Shown here: positions 53,956-63,742 of the stretch, piece by piece | Numbering within the stretch: position 1 is the first letter of the stretch | How the letters are laid out: the number at the start of each line of letters is the position of its first letter | Assembly (NCBI RefSeq): GCF_001194135.2 | Contig: NC_068998.1 | Span: 22,503,815 to 22,567,556, forward strand | Direction: 5' to 3' | Length of the DNA stretch: 63,742 nucleotides | Source of the DNA: Octopus bimaculoides | Lineage: Eukaryota | Notes under the pieces: model-generated | Seen by the model: only the letters and a program-made list of their open reading frames with translations | Databases searched by the model: none | Told to the model about the DNA's origin: nothing | Translations under genes and position numbers: made by a program

Positions 53956-53974
53956 TTCTATATATACTTTAGAG

Positions 53975-54150
53975 ACATGATTTACAATGCTTGTTCCTTC
54001 TCGAGCCATGCCTGGGTTATAAAGGCCAGTTTCCTGGTTTCATTAGCATATAAGTTCCCCACCTGGATGGGATGCTAGTCTATCACAGGTGAGTTGCTAA
54101 ACGCAAGAGGAAAAAGTGAGAGAAAGTTGTGGCAAAAGTGTCAGCAGAAA
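53975..54150. mobile_element. Dispersed repeat fragment (possibly RTE-tail-related)
   Basis: TTCTCGAGCCATGCCTGG...CCCCACCTGGATGGGATGCTAGTCTATCACAGG...GAGAAAGTTGTGG, with an inverted homolog at 29770-29875. Confidence 0.45.
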
Positions 54151-54712
54151 TGTCATCAATAATTTCTTCGGCTTGTAAGAGTCTAGGTCTTGCTCATTTA
54201 AAAGACAAAATGCTAGGTTCACCACATGCTTGTTTCATTGCAAAATTGTTTGTTTTTTTTGCGATTAAAAACAAAAGTAAACAATAACTGTGAGTGACAG
54301 TATTAACCATGAGTCATAAACACACTTGATGACAAGGCTGCAACATGATCAGTTGTCTAATTTTAATATTTTATCTTCATGTTCTGACTTGACATTACTA
54401 TGTGACTGGCAACTTGACAGAGATGACGTTTAAGCTATTCCTGTTAGAGTGGAAACACAGTGGGCTAGGGTTAAAGAAAAGGACAGGCTTACTGTCTGGA
54501 GATACAAGAACACTTGTGAACATGTGTCTCTTCTTCAATAGGATTCATCAGCACAATACTTGTTCATAGTTAATTTCTATTGAATATATATTAGATAAAG
54601 ATAGTTGTGGCCGGTCTATGGAGTTACCCTGGGTTTCATGTCCATAAAGTGTTTAGCCTTAAGGTGTTTATATATATATATACATACATACGTACATACA
54701 TACATACATACA

Positions 54713-54748
<36 letters not shown>

Positions 54749-54749
54749 T

Positions 54750-54910
54750 ACGACGGGCTTCTTTCAATTTTCGTCTACCAAATCCACTCACAAAGCATTG
54801 ATCGGCCCGAGAATATGATAGGCAACACTTCACCGACGTGCCACGCAGTGGGGCGGAACTCGGAACAATGTGGTTGGGAAGCAAGCTACTTACCAACCAC
54901 TCGCGCTTGC
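54750..54910 (-). mobile_element. SINE 5' half with tRNA-like head
   Basis: Minus strand gives A-box-like GTGGTTGGTAAGTAG and B-box-like GTTCCGAGTTCC, then a body ending GAAAGAAGCCCGTCGTATA at an (AT)/(ACAT) array. Confidence 0.8.
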
Positions 54911-55399
54911 GCATATTCATATATGAAGGGTTTTTATTCTTATATTTGCCCGCAGTGCACTGATAAATATCCAGGACATTCGTTTCAATAAATGTGGTAC
55001 TGATTCTGGTAGAAAAGATGGTAGAATGCTGATTGAAGTATATGCTACTGTTACTTTAAGCTGATGGCTTTAGAACGTTAGTCTTTTATATCTACTTTAA
55101 AGTTGTCCTCTGACTAATATATGTGGACACTTTTTACGAGAAATGTATTTCGAATTTAAAAAGGATTTAAAATAGAGATGTGATCTTGTCTCCTTAGGAA
55201 CTTAAATATTGTTCTTTGACACCACTAACCATACTGCTATGTAGTGTAATGTTTGAGTGCATGACTCGTATGGTTATATAATTTTTATCAATGTATTTAT
55301 GAATTTTCACAAGGGAAATCTATTAGTTTACTAGCAGACGGAAGACTGCCGTCTCTATTATGCAGTCCATTGTTTATTAGCTGGAGCAAATGTTATCTC

Positions 55400-55920
55400 T
55401 AATTACAGACCCTTTAATATGGTAGTGTCATAAAATGAAATACATTCTTACTATAGTTGCGGACATTTTTAGAGATGTATGGCGTTAATTCAGTGGAGTT
55501 ACTAATGACAAACCTGAAAGTTAAATCTATGATAACAATTCTCATATTCCTCACACTCATCATTACAATTTTCATTATCCCCCTAAGAATTATTATTATC
55601 ATGTCTGTCGTCATCAACATCAACTGCCTCAGCAACAGACGTATCGCAATTATCTTCACCACTCCCAGCATAATAATTTCCATTATCGTCTTCAGAATTA
55701 TCGTTATAGTCACTGTCCTCATCAACAACAGCTGCCTCAGCAGCAGAAACTCTGCAGTCATCATCAACCCATTATATTAACATCGACCTAGCAACCCTGA
55801 TCATCATCTTTATCATAATGTTGTTATCATAATCGTAGCCATGCATATTGTCTTCATCATCGTCGTTATTCTTTGCGGCTAATTATAATTATCATCCTCA
55901 CCATTATCATAAATATCAAC
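55400..55920. repeat. Degenerate (CAT/ATT)-rich low-complexity tract with an internal repeated unit
   Basis: TCATCAACATCAACTGCCTCAGCAACAGA and TCATCAACAACAGCTGCCTCAGCAGCAGA recur about 110 bp apart. Confidence 0.7.
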
Positions 55921-56759
55921 CTGACCCTCATAATAATACCGATTTGAGATGAAGATAGTGTTCACAATTTTCTGAATCTTACCATTATCAGCCTATATCC
56001 TAGTTTGCGATATTTTGTCTCTGTCACGTATCTGGGTTCATGACAATAAAACACATTTGGTCAGTAAATATCTAACTATGAATAAGAAATACATTGTAGT
56101 TACTGTTAATCTTTTGAAAAGAGAAGTCATTAGTTCATGACTTTCAAGTTTTTAAATACGTTGACATAATTTATTTCCTTCTGTGTGTAAGGAAAATGAC
56201 TAGGACTGATCCATTATGTTTGATGTTAGGGATTCTGAAGAGAAGAGGTAATTTCACTACTTTCCAGTCGCCTCTACACTAGTGAAGTCGAATCAACTGA
56301 GTTGGTTTCCAGTTTATGAAGGCAAAGTCGCCACGTTTTCAATCTAATACTAATGAAATTATCCAATGTAGTACAGTATTATAGTTCTACTCATTGAAGA
56401 TGCATATATATGGAATTTGTTAAATTATACATAGCTAGTTATGTTAGATAACAATGTAATTAAATCAGCCTCTTGTCACAATGATTCATCATATATTATG
56501 CAAGATACTTTATTCAAAGTTACATTTGATTCCCTAACAATTACAATGTAATAGCAAATTTTAAGTTAATATTGCTATTTTCGAATATAGTGATATTTTC
56601 TCTATTTGATTCTTACGCTAATAATACCAATCTAATATATTTTAATTGCTTTGAGGGAGAAAATGATATTATGTATCTTACATTTTTCCTGACTATCTGA
56701 ACATCACTACAGCCAAATTCATGATACCAATGAGTTTGTCAAATTCAACTTTATATAGA

Positions 56760-58150
56760 GGGCTTCAATGTACAGAAACTTGAGAGATGCCTAGAATATT
56801 TTTGCTACAGAGAGCGGGAGTATTCAATAAAGTTATTGGGATGAAGCGTGGTGTAGCTACTAAATACTAAGTATGAAGAGGAATCGGAATGTAAATTCTG
56901 ACTACATAAGATTACTACTGAACCTCATTTTTAGGTTGCTGCGAAATAATGAGGTTTACATATATCTAGGAGTTTTGCAACGTGATAGGATAATGAATGG
57001 AAAACTGAGAGAGAAAGTCACTCAAGCGATAGATAGGCGGATTAGGAAGATGCACGGAACAAATTAAAATGGAGAGTAAAATCATGAATATATGGGCTAT
57101 GCCTGCATTAAGACTCCAAGCTCTCCTCATAAATATTCGAAGTTTGAGCTTCATAACTACGATAAAATAACTAGAAAGCTGCTCACAATGCACATGCACA
57201 ATTCACTCCAGCCTAAACGTAATGCCGACCGACTCTGCATGCCAATGAATGAGATTGCAGAGGATTATTAAGTACAGAAGACACTATTGCATTACTAGGT
57301 AGGAAACATCATGTTGTACACAGTAAAGAGAAAGCACTTTTGGCAACCAGAAATACCTAAAAATTGATTGAACAAATAGAAGATCAAACGAAGAACAACA
57401 GAAAAATCAAATGGAAAGACATGAAACAGCATGGTCATTTCATGCAATAGATCAGGAATATTGGTGAAGATTTCTGGCTTTTCTTTTTTTTTGAGAACGT
57501 GAATTTGAAGCAAGAAAGCGCTAATTATTACCGCTCATGTACATGTCTTTGGGGGTAAATCTGATATGGGCAAAGGTAACATAACGCAACGAGACACGAA
57601 ATGTAGAACGTGCAGGCAAGGATACGAGAGTATGAATAACTTTTTGATTGAGTCACAAAGGGAATGTACGCACAAACATGACTGCGAGGTCAAAATAGTG
57701 CATTCGTATGTTTTTCGAGTGTATGGCTTCAAAAGAACAGGAGAGTGGTATAAACACAGACTAGAGGTTCTCATAGAAAATTAAAATTACAAGATCTTAG
57801 GGTACTTCGCTATAAAGCATCCTCATAAAAGTGAAGGAAGAACGACCAGATATTATTGTCAATGACAACATAGATTTTCCAACTCATTATAATAGCAGTG
57901 TCGAGTCCAAATAAATTTTAAATAGTGAGAAATATCGGGATCCGCCAGTGAAACACAGATACTTCAGAAGACCAAAACAACAATTACTCATGTTATAATT
58001 GGTGCGCTTGGCAAAATATTACGTAATGTCACAAAACGTTACGTAAAAGACTGCAAGTTATTGGAAGTGAGACTCGCCCTGACGACCTGCAAAAATGTAC
58101 CATATAATGTTCTGCAAGAACCCTGAGAAAAATTCTTGAGATTTGAGGAA
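56760..58150 (+). mobile_element. R4/Dong-like element 3' half (RT end, CCHC, RLE), decayed
   Basis: YIYLGVLQ...IDRRIRK..., TKCRTCRQGYES...KHDCEVKIVH..YG..EWYKH..VLIEN, a RPDI-like motif, and a terminal SARTLRKILEI-like motif. Confidence 0.75.
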
Positions 58151-61100
58151 TCTTGTTGTCTTACCAAATGATGAATGTTCTGTTAATATAGTTTATATGG
58201 GTGAGAGTAATAATAAAAATTCCTAAAATTTTGATGGAGTGATCTAGACGGTAGTGCCCCACAAATACTTATTTCATCGGCCTGGATATCATGAAAAAGT
58301 AAATTTGACGGCGGCCGTATTTGAATCTAGAACACAGATAAGGTCGTTATGCCTTTTGTTTTGCTTTGTAAGATTGAAACTTGTGCTATGAGGAAATTTT
58401 TCTCGTAATTTTATTGTAACTTTTAATTTTGATATTACATTTTCCTGATACGCATAGTAATACAAGATTTACTAACACTGATACGTGTATTAATTATATA
58501 GAATATTAAGTGACTGAAAATAATAGAGCAGTAATATATGCACAAGAAAGACAAGCAAATACAATCTACTTTGTGCAGTATATATTCATTATATCTATAA
58601 TTACTTCAAACGTATTTAAAGTTTTCTTTTTAGTTTGAATAATATTGAATTCACGTTTTAATTTTATTTGGTGTACAGAAATTACAAATTACATATTCAA
58701 TTTCATATATTCTTCTACTATTTACAGAAACATACATATGAAATACTGTATTTGAATTAAAATTTATTAATCCATTTGTAGATGAGGGAACATTTGCATT
58801 TCGATTTAAATCCTATACATATTTCAGAGCAATGAGTTCATACATATCAGTTGAATGTATTTTCATAAATTAGAATATGTGGAAATATTTTACTTAAAAG
58901 TCGATTATATATGGCAGATGCATAATCTTGGGTGATTTTCAGCAAATGCAGAACTTTACATATGTAGGAAAATACATACTTATATACAAGGGAATGTACA
59001 CAATAAAACACAAATATAGATTAGGATACATATGTATGATGGGGTTAACATGTGTGTATGCATGTGCTGATGCAGTTTATATACAATTCCGCACTTTATA
59101 TTGACTATATACGCAAACACACAAACACGCACTCACACACACACACATACACATCTGTACATGTGTGTGCATGTGTAAGTGTTTGGGTGTGTGCATTCTT
59201 GAGAATTTCAGGAAATGTATGTGCGTATTGTATTAAATATGTTAATATCGGTAATTTTTCGTTTTAGGATATGCGTTTCTCAAATATATATAAGGTGGCA
59301 TTTCCATTTGACGTAGAAGCGTGCGTACCTATGAATATATTTGCTTGTGCAATTTTCAGTGAATGCGTGTGTGCATTTAGATGTGCCTGTCACAACATGT
59401 TTATAATAAAGATGTATCTTTACCTATTTTTCAGGTTTTAAAATCGTGCATGCATGAGTTGTGTTTAAGCAGGGTAAACGTACATGTAATTTTTTTAACA
59501 CTACCGATTATTATTTTCAAAACAAGCTTTTGTGTTTTGCAATGCAAATGTTCAATATTTCCCCATGCGCACAGATATAAACTAAACATCTTAGCCGTAA
59601 ACAGAAATTATTGTAAATATTTATTTGGGCTAAATTTGTTGGCAGTAAGCAAATCAAGTATCTATTCGTAATGGCTCACCATATATCTAGAGATCTACCT
59701 TTCAATTACTTCTTTTCATGAACTGATAAATCTTGTCTCCCCAATTATGTCTGTATCAGTATTATCAACTGGTCCAAAGTGTGCTTCATGTCTATTTTAT
59801 AAGAGGTTTAGGAATATGTTCACGCTACAGTGATTGTTTTTTTTTTTTTACTTGTTATAATAGTTCAGCTAGTTTGTGCAAAACTTTAATTCATTTCTAA
59901 ACTCAATTCGTTTTGCATATAATAACGGGTAAGATTATATATCATAAAATAATGAGGAAGAATCGAATATTACTGTTACATATGTGGACATTGCAATAAC
60001 ATGATCTGCAAATAACATGATCTGCAAAACATGATCTGCAAAACATGCCGGTCTAAAAAACATTGTGGGAATAGAGAAAGGAGTGATTGTTCGTGATTGG
60101 TATATGGCTGATTGAGTGTACAATGCACTTAATACAGAGCAGCTAACACCAGTGAGTATACCACTACTCATAAGATATCCCTAAGCCAAATTTTTTTCCA
60201 AAGGTTTTCAAATTGGAAGCCCTTCTGAAGAGGCAAAATGACATGAGTTAACATTTTACGGTATGATGGACAACAAAAGCAACAAAACCGCATTATGAGT
60301 TATTGCATTTCTAGATTATCTAAATATACTGATAGTATTTATATTTCAAAATATATTTTTTGTTATCCATTTATTTTTATTTAGTTTATAGCATAAGGTT
60401 ATATTTGTATTTTAGTTCAAGGGACCATTTATAGGGATTTTAGCTGCTATTGTATAGAATAAAAAGGTGATTGACAAGTGTGAAATCAATTTGAGGACAC
60501 ATATCAAACAAACCTAATGCAGATACATGTTTAGGAACAAATTAGGTTAACACGTATTTCACATGCAGAGACGTCCAGCTGTTTTCATGACTTCCAACTA
60601 ACAAAGTTTCTGTTCATTTAAGGTAACACATATCTATTAATTGTTGCAAATATTGATAAAAGTAAATCGTTAATTAAATTATATAATGAGAATGATATAG
60701 TATTAAAATATACCTAGGAATAATACATTTAAAAAATAAATCTACAACAATATTAAAGCAAACGAAACGTTGCTTCTTGTTGGGCGTTATTCAAGTAGAG
60801 ATTATATACATCGGTATCTTTTCCATATTAAAACTAGAAAGTTTTGGATGATAAAGGGAAAGAAAGAGACGGAGTGTCAAACAAAAACAACACTTGAAAA
60901 TTGTTGCAAATTTACATGCGACGGATGGACACACACACACAAACACACGTGCACGCACACACATACACACGCACATACAGACACACTTATATATCATTAT
61001 AATATTTGATTAGAAAAAGAAACTTTACACAATTTAGAAGCGGAAGCAGAAGAAATGCACAGAACCTTATATTCAGTTGTCAAGTTTATTACTTCGTGAG

Positions 61101-61774
61101 TATATTACGATGGCAAGACGGGAAATTAAGTCATCGGCATACCCTGACGGAAAGTTTACCGACAAATTGATGTTACAAGTTATGAGAATTCACAGGGAAA
61201 GATAATACTTATTCTCTGTTTTGTGCAATATGAGGAAAACAACTGATACTTGGCATCTTTAAATTGTACGAGAAAAAGGGGGTGAATGTGTGAAATTTTG
61301 TTTCAAACAGGGATAGAGACACCCACACATATATGTAAATAGAATACTTTTCATTCTATATCTCCTTGTTAAACTCTACGTCATATTATTTTGTGCCCAG
61401 GCTAAACACATGCAGTCAACAAAGCAATTATGGGGAGAGATTCATTAATCTCAAGTATAGTTATAACTCCTTTTAGATATATAATGTTTCCTGCTAAATT
61501 ATTATTATTATTAAATAAATATATTTTCCATGTGAGTATTCATAATTTCTTACATCAGCTTGTAGGTAACCTTTCTTTAAGGTCATCCTCAGAAATATTT
61601 ATATTTCAAATTTTCTCTTGTGCACGTACTATAGATTAACGTCAAGGTAAAACCAATTTATAATTACCAGTGTAATTATATTTTTATAGAAAGCACAAAT
61701 TAAAGTGGGGGAAAACCTGCAAATTATTGATCTATATATCTGGCTTATATTCTTACACAAATATCGGTAGATAC

Positions 61775-62410
61775 GCAGGTTTGGGTCTTAATACGCTTGC
61801 TTTCTAACCATGTGGTTTTGAATTTAATAACATTGCATGGCACCTTAGCAAATGTCTGCATTATAGCCCTGCGCCTATCAAGGACACCATTGTATATATA
61901 TATNNNNNNNNNNNNNNNNNNNNNNNNNNNNNNNNNNNNNNNNNNNNNNNNNNNNNNNNNNNNNNNNNNNNNNNNNNNNNNNNNNNNNNNNNNNNNNNNN
62001 NNNNNNNNNNNNNNNNNNNNNNNNNNNNNNNNNNNNNNNNNNNNNNNNNNNNNNNNNNNNNNNNNNNNNNNNNNNNNNNNNNNNNNNNNNNNNNNNNNNN
62101 NNNNNNNNNNNNNNNNNNNNNNNNNNNNNNNNNNNNNNNNNNNNNNNNNNNNNNNNNNNNNNNNNNNNNNNNNNNNNNNNNNNNNNNNNNNNNNNNNNNN
62201 NNNNNNNNNNNNNNNNNNNNNNNNNNNNNNNNNNNNNNNNNNNNNNNNNNNNNNNCTAGTGTCGGTTTGTTTATGTCACCGTAACTTAGAGGCCCATAAA
62301 ATAAGTACAATACTTAAAAATAAGTAATGGGGTCAATTTGTTTGAGTAAACCATTTAAAGCGGTGCCCCAGTATGGCGGCAGTTCAATGACTGAAACATA
62401 TAAAATAGGA
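61775..62410 (+). mobile_element. SINE spanning an assembly gap
   Basis: 5' part ...AACCATGTGG...GGCACCTTAGCAAATGTC...TATAGCCC before the gap, and 3' part CCGTAACTTAG...GGGGTCAATTTG...GCGGTGCCCCAGTATGGCGGCAG..TGACTGAAAC after it. Confidence 0.7.
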
Positions 62411-63742
62411 GGCTCTCATTTGTTAGTATAACAATATCATTTACTGTTGTCGCTCATTTTCTTCCTTGTTACTTGCAGATGAATCTTGACGTTAAGTTAT
62501 TTCAAAGAAGCATAACCAATTATACTGGAGCTAAGCTACCGAAACGGGTACCAAAATGGATATGACTACATGGGGTTATCATGCGATTGCAAAATTCAAG
62601 ATCAATCTATTGCTCTTTTATGAACATAGGGCTAAATTTAATGTTATGTCTATATAGCAATAGAAATTGAAATCTGACTTTCAAATTGAATTTATTTCTG
62701 CTTAATGGCGTATATAAGGAATGATGTAATGTTAATGACATTGTTTTGCTTAGAAATAAAGGTATTGCAAATAAATGACTTTAGTCAAAATTCAAATGTA
62801 ATATTTTGTTCAGATACTTGAAAGGTTTGTGTATTTTAAAATTTAGGAAATAACGATCCATGAGCAAGGGGGAAATGCTGACATGATTGTCGTTGATACG
62901 CACTCACCGCGTAATGATGCTAGAATGCACTAGATCGAAAATTATTATCATATAACAGCTGTGTTAGGGAGAAATTCTGTAATGTGTTTATAGCAATTTG
63001 GGAGGTCAGATTCAGTGGAATTCATGATAAACCAAACAATACTGCATTCACAGATTTGACACTGCTTTCGTGCCTTATGGAGTTATACTGTTAAAGAAAC
63101 AACCACTAACAAATAATCAGCAGTGATACATTGAAAACTATTCGAAAATGTATAATGAATACCACGAATCAATGCTAAATGATTGCCAAATGATGTTACC
63201 AACATTATTTACAAGCTACAAAGTGGGAAAGAAACCCGTTCGTTTATGTTTTCCTGGAACAACTGTGGTATGTGATAAGAGATAATTTGAGCATGTTCCT
63301 GTGAAATTTCTCTAATAATTTTGAATATTTCCGTTGTCTGCTGCTCATGGTTTAAGAATATCCCAGATCCTATTATTTTCTTCATATTCGCGGTTATTTT
63401 AAAAGTTTGCTCTTGAAATGTATAAATTGAAATGTCCAAGAATTGTCTTGTATTACAATAGAATTGTTTCGCTATTTGGGATAGTGTGGGAGGAAATGGG
63501 GCGCTTTTAATTCACCGACCATATAATCTGATAAAAACATAGTGGTAACTCTGTAAATAGGTGGAGCCAGTGACTGCGGCAGTAAATTAAGGATAATAAA
63601 GGAGTGAGTTGGTGTATCCATCGTAGCGGTCTGGGAGGAATATGAAGCTAGAGACAATTGTTTATTATACTTCCGTATTGTAGAGTATGCATTCAGGAAG
63701 AATGAATAAGTGACGTACGTAGGTATGTATGTGTATATATAT

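Noticed and set aside
54850-54910. tRNA gene
   Set aside because: The A/B-box-like motifs belong to a SINE head, and no cloverleaf can be folded.

Overview
This is AT-rich, microsatellite-laden eukaryotic DNA from a gapped draft assembly, with N gaps at about 13224-13401, 14352-14361, 20881-21265, 26548-26814, 32581-32997, 35149-35290, 39172-39181, 53707-53716 and 61904-62255. The repeat families resemble those of octopod cephalopods (inference from recognised SINE, LINE and mariner sequences; no database search was run). I find no supportable host protein-coding gene, rRNA, tRNA or CRISPR array, so the window reads as intergenic or large-intron DNA. It holds many decayed mobile elements: about nine R4/Dong-like (RLE-type) non-LTR fragments, Tx1/L1-like, CR1-like and RTE-like LINE fragments, a Gypsy integrase-PPT-LTR 3' end, two Penelope-like coding remnants of apparently different clades, five mariner fragments and several tRNA-derived SINEs. 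The most interesting signal is five dispersed minimal type-I hammerhead-ribozyme-like motifs in about four sequence contexts, of the kind known from Penelope-like terminal repeats. Several carry a non-canonical core (an extra purine after CUGAUGA, or CCGAUGA). A fold-back structure made of two mariner 5' halves is also notable. Coordinates of decayed elements are approximate and all translations were done by eye.
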